Below are positions 9,894-18,247 of a stretch of DNA of 64,000 nt, piece by piece (positions within the stretch are counted from its first letter, which is position 1; each line of letters starts with the position of its first letter). The notes under the pieces were generated by a model. It was not told the origin of the DNA. It ran no database searches and was given only the letters and a program-made list of their open reading frames with translations. The translations under genes and the position numbers were made by a program. Source of the DNA: Candidatus Nanosyncoccus sp. (lineage in GTDB: Bacteria; Patescibacteriota; Saccharimonadia; Saccharimonadales; Saccharimonadaceae); contig JAZNDC010000030.1 in assembly GCA_045587885.1 (NCBI GenBank), positions 1,628-65,627 of the forward strand, read 5' to 3'.

Positions 9894-9920
9894 AATAAGC
9901 CCTTTACAGGGCTTATTTTA
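9891..9920. terminator. Bidirectional terminator
   Basis: taaaataagccc-tttaca-gggcttatttta perfect 12-bp stem. Confidence 0.85.
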
Positions 9921-9933
9921 TTGCAAGGAGAAA

Positions 9934-10683
9934 CTATTTTGCTTCAGCGATTTCGAGAAGGAGTTTTGTAAATTCTTCACCAGAACGAGCGGAATCCCAC
10001 GAAATAACTTTGCCATTTACGACAACCTGACTGCCACTAGTGTTTGCCCAATCGATTTTTTGACCTTCAACATAGAAAGCTGGAGTACCAGAGACATCAA
10101 TGCGTTTGCCGATACCCATGTCGAAGCTGATTTTCTTTGAAACGTTTTCGGAAGCGATGTCTTTGTTGAATTGGTCTAGATCACCTTTGCCGTCGGTGAC
10201 TTTGGTGAAGTAGTTATTGAAGAAAGTAGTGCGTTCGGATGCAGAAGCGTATTCCCACTCTGCTTGATTAGCAAAGAGGGTGTCGGCATATTCTTTCCAA
10301 TAGCCTTGAAGACCGGCAGCTTCGGCAGCAGAGGCTGCAGCGGTACCGTTTTGGTGGTAGCTAAGAAGGAAATTACGATATACTATGGCGAGCTTGCCCT
10401 CTGATTTTTCGACTGCTGCGTTGACGCGTGGATTAATAGAAGCACAACCTGGGCATTGGTAATCTGCATATTCGTAAATCTTGACCGGTGCATCTGGGTT
10501 GCCTTTGACGTGATCACCGATGTTGCCGTTGTGATTGTCTGCGGCGATGACGGAATAAAAATCATATTTACTATAATCGGTTGCTTTATTGTTGCCATCT
10601 ATGACAATGTATCCGCCAATGCCTAGAATGGCAATAATGGCGACTGCGATAATAATTCCGACAGTGGAAAAACCTTTTTTCAT
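9934..10683 (-). CDS. DsbA/thioredoxin-fold membrane-anchored oxidoreductase
   Basis: N-terminal TM, EYADYQCPGC active site, GTPAFYV cis-Pro loop. Confidence 0.9.
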   Translation of the reverse strand: MKKGFSTVGIIIAVAIIAILGIGGYIVIDGNNKATDYSKYDFYSVIAADNHNGNIGDHVKGNPDAPVKIYEYADYQCPGCASINPRVNAAVEKSEGKLAIVYRNFLLSYHQNGTAAASAAEAAGLQGYWKEYADTLFANQAEWEYASASERTTFFNNYFTKVTDGKGDLDQFNKDIASENVSKKISFDMGIGKRIDVSGTPAFYVEGQKIDWANTSGSQVVVNGKVISWDSARSGEEFTKLLLEIAEAK

Positions 10684-10714
10684 GAAAACTCCTTTAATGT
10701 TATAATTATATCAT

Positions 10715-11281
10715 ATGTGGGATAAGATTTTATACAAGTTTACGAAGTGGGTTGATCCAAAGCTTGAGAAATATCGTCCGAAAAAACCGGAGGTAAAATA
10801 TACCCCAAAGACTCTTGAGGATTTTATCGGTGTTTTACAGAGAACACCAAAGAGTATATTGTCTGAAAATGATCGTTCACGAATCGCAGCGGTGATGAGT
10901 TTTGATGAAAGAAAAGTATCTGACGTGATGGTAAAAAAAGGCAAAATGGTGTTTGTGAATGAAAAAGATTTTCTTGGCCCCTTGATGTTAGACAAATTAT
11001 ATAAATCTGGTTTTACGAATTTTCCGGTGGTGGATAATCATAACAAAGTAAAGGGAATTATTCATACCGAAGCCCTAAATGCGCTTGAGATTAAAAAGAC
11101 TGATAGAGCATCCAAATATATGAGTTCGGATGTGTTTTATCTACACGTTGGTGATACTCTAAAAAAAGTTACTGAAGAAATAGAAAGAACAAATAGTTTT
11201 TACTATTTGGTATTGGATGAAAATGATGAGCTTGCCGGGTTCTTCACGATCCAAATGTTGTTGGACTATTTGCTTGCTTAA
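10715..11281 (+). CDS. CBS domain protein
   Basis: KVSDVMV, SGFTNFPVVDN...GIIH tandem CBS pattern. Confidence 0.8.
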   Translation: MWDKILYKFTKWVDPKLEKYRPKKPEVKYTPKTLEDFIGVLQRTPKSILSENDRSRIAAVMSFDERKVSDVMVKKGKMVFVNEKDFLGPLMLDKLYKSGFTNFPVVDNHNKVKGIIHTEALNALEIKKTDRASKYMSSDVFYLHVGDTLKKVTEEIERTNSFYYLVLDENDELAGFFTIQMLLDYLLA

Positions 11282-11355
11282 ATACAAAGGCGAAAGATCG
11301 TAAAGACTTGGCCTTAGCGGCCCGGAGCGCGATCTTGAGCCTTTGGTATTTAAGC
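11276..11355. repeat. 80-bp imperfect palindrome
   Basis: gcttaaatacaaaggc...aagatcg pairs with cgatctt...gcctttggtatttaagc. Confidence 0.75.
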
Positions 11356-11377
11356 GAGAATATGGTATAATAGCTGC

Positions 11378-13141
11378 ATGAGAATTTTGACAAATGCTTT
11401 AAATGAGTATATGGGCCAAAGTGTGACCGTAGAGGGTTGGGTAAACTCCCGTCGTGATCACGGTGGACTGATTTTTATTGATCTTCGTGACCATACTGGT
11501 ATTATTCAATTAGTCGTAACTCCAGAGATGGCGGATGCTTTCAGGCTCGCCGAGAGTGTACGTGATGAATTTGTGTTAAAAGCGACTGGCAAGATGCGCG
11601 AGCGTGAGCCAGAGCTAATTAACCCAAATATTCCTACAGGTAAGATTGAGCTTGTAGTGTCTGAACTCGAGTTATTAAACCGTTCTGAACCACTTCCTGT
11701 AAATACACATGATGATGGTGAAAAGTCTTCTGAAGAGATGAGATTAAAATATCGCTTCCTAGATCTTCGTCGCCCTAGCATGCAGAAGATTTTGCGCGAG
11801 CGTGCAAGATATTACAGTTTTATTCGTTCTTACATGGAAGAACATGAGTTTATCGAGATAGCTACACCAATTCTTGCGAACTCATCTCCAGAAGGTGCGC
11901 GTGATTTTCTAGTACCATCTCGTCTCCATCCTGGTAAGTTTTATGCTTTGCCACAGGCGCCGCAGCAGTTCAAGCAGCTCTTGATGGTAGGTGGCGTGCC
12001 AAAGTATTATCAAATTGCGCCATGTTTTCGTGATGAAGATCCGAGAGCAGATAGGCTTTATGGTGATTTTTATCAGCTAGATATGGAAATGGCATTTGTA
12101 GATGATGGTGAAATTGTCCGCAAGGAAATTGAGCCACTCTATAAAAAACTTGCTACAGAATTTGCCGGTAAAAAGCTGCTTAGTGAAGATATTCCACGTA
12201 TTTCTTATACTGAAGCGATGGAAAAATATGGTGTAGATAAGCCAGACCTTCGCTACAAGATGGAACTCGTTGAGCTTACTGATGTTTTCTCTGAAACTGA
12301 ATTTAAGGTGTTTAAGGCACCATGCGTAAAAGCAATTTGCGTAAAGGGTGGCGCGAGCCTTACTCGTCGTGAGATTGATGAGTTTACTGAACAAGCTAGA
12401 AAACTTGGTGCTGGTGGACTTGCATATATATTATATAGTGAGGGTGAAGCGAAATCTCCTATCCTGAAGTTTATGAGCGAAAAGGAAATCGCTGGAGTAA
12501 AAGAACGTACCGGAGCGGAAGAGGGTGATGCGGTATTCTTTGGCGCAGATGAGCGCTCTCTAGTAAACAAAGTGCTAGGCCAACTTCGTATTAGTTTTGC
12601 GGATCATTTTAATTTGAAAGATCCAAACGTAATCGCATATTGCTGGGTAGTAGATTTTCCATTTTATGAATGGGATGAGAAGAACAAGAAGCTTGATTTT
12701 GGTCACAATCCATTCTCTATGCCAAAGGGCGGGCTAAAGGCACTTGAAGAGGCAAAGACCGATGAGGAAAAACTTGCAATTGTAGCAGACCAATACGATA
12801 TGGTAATGAATGGCTATGAAGTGGCTTCTGGTGCTGTACGTAATTATAATCCAGAAATTATGTACAAGGTATTTAACATTCTTGGCTACAACAATGAATA
12901 TGTAGAAGCAAGATTTGGTGGAATGCTTAATGCATTTAAGTTTGGTGCGCCACCACACGCTGGTTGTGCTCCTGGGCTAGACCGTATATTTATGGTGCTT
13001 GAAGATACTGAAAATATCCGTGATATTGTGGCATTCCCGAAAAACGGTGCTGGTGTAGATCTTATGATGGATTCACCATCCGTGGTAGACCAGTCTCAAC
13101 TAGATGAAGCGCACTTAGCAATATTACCGGAAGAGGATTAA
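11378..13141 (+). CDS. aspS: Aspartate--tRNA ligase
   Basis: GWVNSRRDHGGLIFIDLRD, YALPQAPQQFKQLLM, CFRDEDPRADR, GAPPHAG..PGLDR. Confidence 0.97.
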   Translation: MRILTNALNEYMGQSVTVEGWVNSRRDHGGLIFIDLRDHTGIIQLVVTPEMADAFRLAESVRDEFVLKATGKMREREPELINPNIPTGKIELVVSELELLNRSEPLPVNTHDDGEKSSEEMRLKYRFLDLRRPSMQKILRERARYYSFIRSYMEEHEFIEIATPILANSSPEGARDFLVPSRLHPGKFYALPQAPQQFKQLLMVGGVPKYYQIAPCFRDEDPRADRLYGDFYQLDMEMAFVDDGEIVRKEIEPLYKKLATEFAGKKLLSEDIPRISYTEAMEKYGVDKPDLRYKMELVELTDVFSETEFKVFKAPCVKAICVKGGASLTRREIDEFTEQARKLGAGGLAYILYSEGEAKSPILKFMSEKEIAGVKERTGAEEGDAVFFGADERSLVNKVLGQLRISFADHFNLKDPNVIAYCWVVDFPFYEWDEKNKKLDFGHNPFSMPKGGLKALEEAKTDEEKLAIVADQYDMVMNGYEVASGAVRNYNPEIMYKVFNILGYNNEYVEARFGGMLNAFKFGAPPHAGCAPGLDRIFMVLEDTENIRDIVAFPKNGAGVDLMMDSPSVVDQSQLDEAHLAILPEED

Positions 13142-13146
13142 ATAGA

Positions 13147-13824
13147 ATGGGTGGGCGAATCAAAATCAAACAACCAAAGATAAGGACATGGATGCTCCTG
13201 GTGGTTTTGATTCCGCTATTCTTTATTGACGCAACTTTGCTTCGGCAAGACCATATTAGAATGACGGAACTTCGTGATGCGGTGCTTCAAGCAGATGAGG
13301 AAGAAGATGACGAGAAGATTGCTGCGACTTTGGCAGAGCTCAGGGATTTTGTATCAAGGAATATAGTAATAAACATTGTTGATGATAATGGTTCGCAGAA
13401 GATAATGTTTGGAACGGGTCCATTTTATCTTGAACATCAATATCTTCGTGCGGCAAATAAAGCTTTAGAGGAAGCGGAGGCGGCTCTTTCTGGCGATAGT
13501 AATCCGAATGGGAATATATATGGTATGGCCGGTGAAGTCTGTAGGCCACAGGCAATTGCCAATGGTTGGTCTTGGACTAATCCAAATTATATTAATTGTA
13601 TGTTGACCGAGATTGATAAATATCCATCAGCGGCGGAGTTGCAGGATAAAATAATAGCAAGTATACCATCAACAGAATTGTACCGTCATAATTATGCTGC
13701 CCCGGTATGGGCCCCAACTTTGTCTGGGTTTATAATTCTGATAACCGTGATTGTAATTGTTGTAATTTTTATCAGATTAATGGGGTGGGTGATAATCCGC
13801 TTATCCCTATTATTCATCCGTTAA
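13147..13824 (+). CDS. Membrane protein with two terminal TM segments
   Basis: 225-aa ORF directly downstream of aspS. Confidence 0.7.
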   Translation: MGGRIKIKQPKIRTWMLLVVLIPLFFIDATLLRQDHIRMTELRDAVLQADEEEDDEKIAATLAELRDFVSRNIVINIVDDNGSQKIMFGTGPFYLEHQYLRAANKALEEAEAALSGDSNPNGNIYGMAGEVCRPQAIANGWSWTNPNYINCMLTEIDKYPSAAELQDKIIASIPSTELYRHNYAAPVWAPTLSGFIILITVIVIVVIFIRLMGWVIIRLSLLFIR

Positions 13825-13860
13825 TCTGGGGTTTTCCGCGTTTTTTCTCTAAAATCCCCC

Positions 13861-13889
13861 TTGACAATTGTTCTCTGGGGTCATAAGAT
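13861..13889 (+). promoter_or_regulatory. Sigma70-type promoter
   Basis: TTGACA-N17-TAAGAT, followed by AGGAGG SD. Confidence 0.7.
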
Positions 13890-13920
13890 AAGAATATATT
13901 AACTTAAGGAGGAAGCTTAA

Positions 13921-14124
13921 ATGGCTTACGAACATACCAATGGCAAGGGAGTAAAGTACTACCTTCACAAATCTGAAGTAACTCTACGTGGTGGCAAACC
14001 TCAGACTATCTACTTCTTCACTAAAGACGAAAAAGGTGGCAAGGGTACTCCATGTGATCTCCCAGCTGATCGTATCGTTTGCGAAAATCCACGCAATGGT
14101 TTCTTGACTCTCAAGAAAAAATAA
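13921..14124 (+). CDS. Small basic protein (67 aa), function unknown
   Basis: Strong promoter, SD and terminator; highly-expressed-type codon usage. Confidence 0.8.
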   Translation: MAYEHTNGKGVKYYLHKSEVTLRGGKPQTIYFFTKDEKGGKGTPCDLPADRIVCENPRNGFLTLKKK

Positions 14125-14197
14125 TCAGTGCGCAAGTTAATTAGGTGCAAGAAAAAGAGCCTCTAGGGGCCCTTTTTCGTGGTATAATTATCTGAAT

Positions 14198-14274
14198 GGG
14201 GATGTAGCTCAGTTGGTTAGAGCATGCGTCTTATACACGCAGTGTCCCTGGTTCGAGTCCAGGCATCCCTACCA
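14198..14274 (+). tRNA. trnI: tRNA-Ile(UAU)
   Basis: Anticodon arm tgcgt-cttatac-acgca (anticodon TAT), acceptor ggggatg/catccct, A73, CCA. Confidence 0.9.
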
Positions 14275-14298
14275 TTTTTTTTGTGTTATAATTTTAGC

Positions 14299-15900
14299 AT
14301 GAGCGAGAAACTTCCAAGACGTCGCGAAATAATGGCCGAACAAATAGAGCAGGGTGAACAATACCATGCTGCGAGATGTTTGGAGAAAGTGGGGATTTTT
14401 AAGCGGGTTGGAACTCTTGATCTTTGGCATGGTCGTGCGGGCGATGGAAAAGAATGGAGGGTGCGACCTGCTTTTGATAATGCCTACGACAATACTGGTA
14501 ATTCGAATACTAATAAAATACCAGCACTAAACACGGCAAATTATTCTGTAGCAAAGGAATTTGCAGAGGCAAGGGCATATGGCAATAAAACGCCTGATGT
14601 GCATAAAATAGTTTCCGGTGATCCAGATGCGGTGATTATTGATAGAGCACCAAGTGGGCTTACTAAAGAACAAAAGTATGAAATTCGAAGGGCTATAATG
14701 AAGCTTTCGCCATCTATTACTGAAGGTGCGCCGCTTAGCTTTAAGAATAGACACGATTTGGAATGTATTGATACAAGTGATTTTATTAATCAATATGGGA
14801 TAATGTTTAAGGAAGATGTCCCTGATTTAGCAAAAACTGTTGGTGTTAGCGAAGAGCTAGTAATGCATGTTGGGTCAGCAATAAATACGAAAAGAATATT
14901 AAAGGGTGGAAATGTCTATTCGCTATGTAGTGCTTTTTTGGATAATAAAACTGAAATTGAAGTAACATTGGACGAAAATGAAAAACGGTCGCTTCCGATT
15001 AATCGTGAGTATCTGGCCAGTTGGTTTAGAGCGAACCACGTTGTAGGCTGTAAAAGAGTGATTAATTCTGCGACTCTAGGAAAAACGATTGACAGTATTC
15101 AGTTGTTTGATTTGGAAAAAGTGAATGTACCTGATGTTTACAAGACTAGAGAAAGAAATCGGATGAGGTTGTTTGGGAAGGCTGCACTTAAGGCAGCTAA
15201 AGAAAGCGTTGATGGCAAAAGCGAATTGGTAAAAACACTACACTCGAATTTGTATATAAAGCCACAGGAAATTATTGCGTTAGCAAAAAGGACTCCTGGT
15301 TTTGAAAGTGTGTTTGAGGCCGATGCCGGTAACTGGGAGGGATTTAAGCTCGGTGAGCATACGGAAACAGTTTTAAGAATCTTTGACGATAATTATGCAG
15401 ATAGTTTGCCGGCTTCAATTTTGCCGGTGATGAGAATGGCACTTCTAGTACATGATATTGGGAAAGGCGAAGCCGTAAAACAGCATGATAAGAATAATCA
15501 AAGAGTATATAATGTGGAGTATGCAAAAAGATTTATGGATTTGAATTGCATTGATAAATCTACGCAGAAACTAATCATATCAATGATTGGTGAGGGCATG
15601 AAGAAGACTGAGAAAATGGTTTTGGCGAGAGACGACAAGAACATATTGTTGGAGCTAAGAAAGTATTGTTATCAGATTGCAACGGAGTATTTGGGTGAGA
15701 ATGCAGATGATGATACTGCATATGGGTTTAAGTGCTTGCTAGAAGTTTTGCAGACTTGCGATAGCGCAGCATATACTACGATGGCTGTAACCAGGGGTAA
15801 AAATGGTATTTTTTATAGGAATAATGGTTCATTTGATAGCTCGTTTAAACTATATAAAGGTCTTACTGGTAAACGCACCCGTTTGAATTGGAATATTTAG
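14299..15900 (+). CDS. Two-domain protein: putative ADP-ribosyltransferase-like N-terminus + HD domain
   Basis: C-terminal EHTETVL...ALLVHDIGKG...CDSAAY HD pattern; N-terminal LWHGRA...FDN...ALNTA...AKEFA resembles H-type ART strands (weaker). Confidence 0.6.
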   Translation: MSEKLPRRREIMAEQIEQGEQYHAARCLEKVGIFKRVGTLDLWHGRAGDGKEWRVRPAFDNAYDNTGNSNTNKIPALNTANYSVAKEFAEARAYGNKTPDVHKIVSGDPDAVIIDRAPSGLTKEQKYEIRRAIMKLSPSITEGAPLSFKNRHDLECIDTSDFINQYGIMFKEDVPDLAKTVGVSEELVMHVGSAINTKRILKGGNVYSLCSAFLDNKTEIEVTLDENEKRSLPINREYLASWFRANHVVGCKRVINSATLGKTIDSIQLFDLEKVNVPDVYKTRERNRMRLFGKAALKAAKESVDGKSELVKTLHSNLYIKPQEIIALAKRTPGFESVFEADAGNWEGFKLGEHTETVLRIFDDNYADSLPASILPVMRMALLVHDIGKGEAVKQHDKNNQRVYNVEYAKRFMDLNCIDKSTQKLIISMIGEGMKKTEKMVLARDDKNILLELRKYCYQIATEYLGENADDDTAYGFKCLLEVLQTCDSAAYTTMAVTRGKNGIFYRNNGSFDSSFKLYKGLTGKRTRLNWNI

Positions 15901-15926
15901 AAGGAGTTTTTGGTATAATAGTGGTA

Positions 15927-16355
15927 ATGAATAAAATAAAGACTTTTTTTCGTAGAATTCAGTATCGTTTGAAACACGGTTTTTTTACGGTTGAAAATGT
16001 CGTATTTTTGCTTGCGATTATTATTTGTTCTCTGTGTACGTTCAAGTCGATTGAATCAATGACAAGAAATTGGGAATTGTCTGAGAGATTAAACACTGAG
16101 CGACAGAATTTGGAACTGTTAAAGATTGAAACTCAAATGGCAGAACTTGAAAATGAGTACTATCGTTCTGACGAGTATCAGGAATTGCTGGCTAGAAAAA
16201 ATGTAAATAAGAAACTTCCTGGTGAAAACATGGTTTCTATGCCAGAGAATAGCGAGAATGCCAAAAATAAACATCAGACTGTCGAAAAAACTGTTGAGCA
16301 GAATGAAAAATCGAATTTCCAGAAGTGGATATTATTCTTGTTCCCAAATCGCTAG
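15927..16355 (+). CDS. FtsL/DivIC-like septum formation initiator
   Basis: Short cytoplasmic N-terminus, single TM, coiled coil, LARKNVNKKLPGE motif. Confidence 0.65.
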   Translation: MNKIKTFFRRIQYRLKHGFFTVENVVFLLAIIICSLCTFKSIESMTRNWELSERLNTERQNLELLKIETQMAELENEYYRSDEYQELLARKNVNKKLPGENMVSMPENSENAKNKHQTVEKTVEQNEKSNFQKWILFLFPNR

Positions 16356-16378
16356 TGGTTATGTGTTATAATGAATGC

Positions 16379-17209
16379 ATGACAATGCGTCGTGGCTTTA
16401 CGTTGATTGAAGTATCATTGTTTTTGGCGGTTACTGCTCTTCTTTTTGTAGGCATTACGGCTGGTACGCAAAACTCAATAAACCAACAAAGAAAATCTGA
16501 TGCGATAAATGGTTTTGCTGATTTTCTTAGGAATGTTTATTCGGAAGTATCTAATCCGCAAAGTAATGGCAAGGGGACTAGCGACCAAGCGATTTATGGG
16601 AGATTGATTACTTTTGGTGAGAGTAAAGCTTTGGATGGCGAGAATAACGAAAATAAACGAGGCATTTTTGTGTACGATGTACTTGGTGATGTAAGTGGCG
16701 ATTTTGGGTCCGGGTCTTCTCTCCAGAATATGTTAAAAGAACTGGACGTGACGGTGTTCTATGAAAAAAGGGCTAATAATGGAGTTAATGCCATGTTGTC
16801 TTTGGTCGGCCAAACTGAAAGTTATAGTCCAAGATGGCAAAGCGAAATAGAGAACACGACGAGAAATTCCGGCCCAATTAGCGCTGCGATTTTGATAGTA
16901 CGCCATCCTCGTTCGGGCACAATTAATACTTTGGTGCTGGAGGGTTCTACGCTGGAAATAAATAATGCCGCTAGAGATTTAGCAAGCGGAACACCTATTA
17001 CTATTAATTCGCCAGCCTATACTGGGACTCATGGTATTCTGAAAGGAAAGATAGATGAATTTCAGGTGAAAGAGATAAATTTTTGCGTGGATACATTTGG
17101 AGAAAATAACAATGAAAGAAGAAATGTCCGAATTGTCGCAAACGCAAGAAATTCTTCTGGTGTGCAAGTAATTGACCAAGATACAGACGATAATAAATGC
17201 GTTGAATAA
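16379..17209 (+). CDS. Type IV minor pilin (prepilin N-terminal methylation motif)
   Basis: MRRG/FTLIEVSLFLAV class III signal with E5. Confidence 0.88.
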   Translation: MTMRRGFTLIEVSLFLAVTALLFVGITAGTQNSINQQRKSDAINGFADFLRNVYSEVSNPQSNGKGTSDQAIYGRLITFGESKALDGENNENKRGIFVYDVLGDVSGDFGSGSSLQNMLKELDVTVFYEKRANNGVNAMLSLVGQTESYSPRWQSEIENTTRNSGPISAAILIVRHPRSGTINTLVLEGSTLEINNAARDLASGTPITINSPAYTGTHGILKGKIDEFQVKEINFCVDTFGENNNERRNVRIVANARNSSGVQVIDQDTDDNKCVE

Positions 17210-17233
17210 TAATGCTTATGGTATAATAATAGT

Positions 17234-18241
17234 ATGATAAGGAAAGCTTCCAGGGAAGGTTTTACTTTGGTTGAGCTATCGCTTGCGATGGTTTTTATTT
17301 CTTTGCTTTCTTTAGCGATTGTGCTAATTATTATTAATACGATTTCTTCTTATCGGCGCGGTATCACACTTAGCGCAGTTAATTCTGGTGGTTCTCAGCT
17401 AGTGGATGATTTTCGTGTTGCAATACAGAATAGTTCTGCGAGTTCAATTGATACAATTTGTGCTTCGCATTATCAGAATAATCGAACAGACTCAAGTGGT
17501 GATCAAGCTGAAATAAGATGCAAAAACAATGGGGCCGAATACTTTTTTTCAATTACTTACAGAAATGGTAGCGTAAGGTTGTCCGGCGCTTCGAGTGATC
17601 AAACTGACATACCTTTGTTTGGGGCTTTTTGTACAGGGACTTATTCTTATATATGGAATAGTGGTTATTTCTTTTCAGATGGGGTAACGGTAAGTGTAAA
17701 TGGCGATGTCGTAAATGACGATTATACTATTGGAAATGGTAGCGCCAAAAGGAAATGGTTTATGGGGAGTAACCCGGCTGGGTCGGCTCGTGTATGGTAT
17801 AGAGATAGTGAAGATCATCTCGTAGATGTGGCTGGTTTTAGATTACTAAAAATAAAAGACGAGTCCAGGCAGATATGTGTTTCTAAAGCTACTCATGGCA
17901 ATGCGTCGAATTACGATCCGTATTCTGGCGACAAAATAAACGTTTTTGATATTACGTTTGAAAGGGGCCAGGCAGTTTTGGAAGAGCCAGTTGATTTGTT
18001 AGCAAGTGGTGATACTAATGATTTAGCTCTTTATAGTTTAGATATAAACATTCCGGCTGAAAGTGTATCTGGCGCAAATCTATTTTATGCAGGTTCGTTT
18101 ATCCTTGGTACTACAACCGGTGGGCCTGATGTTAAATCTTCTAATGGCGTGTGCGCGGTACCGAGTGATGCCGTTGATTCCAACTTTGACTACTGTGCTA
18201 TAAACAGATTTAATTTTGCTGCGCAGGCGAATGGAGGTTAA
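17234..18241 (+). CDS. Type IV minor pilin, PilW-like
   Basis: REG/FTLVELSLAMV class III signal. Confidence 0.85.
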   Translation: MIRKASREGFTLVELSLAMVFISLLSLAIVLIIINTISSYRRGITLSAVNSGGSQLVDDFRVAIQNSSASSIDTICASHYQNNRTDSSGDQAEIRCKNNGAEYFFSITYRNGSVRLSGASSDQTDIPLFGAFCTGTYSYIWNSGYFFSDGVTVSVNGDVVNDDYTIGNGSAKRKWFMGSNPAGSARVWYRDSEDHLVDVAGFRLLKIKDESRQICVSKATHGNASNYDPYSGDKINVFDITFERGQAVLEEPVDLLASGDTNDLALYSLDINIPAESVSGANLFYAGSFILGTTTGGPDVKSSNGVCAVPSDAVDSNFDYCAINRFNFAAQANGG

Positions 18242-18247
18242 TTCTGA

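Noticed and set aside
11276-11377. T-box leader for aspS
   Set aside because: Too short, no T-box consensus or specifier stem, and the aspS promoter lies downstream of the hairpin.
14224-14298. Upstream extensions of ORFs 14224, 7079, 16325, 39837, 42692, 24325, 53245 and 54534
   Set aside because: They overlap a tRNA, promoters or neighbouring genes. Downstream ATGs have promoter or SD support and match family N-termini.
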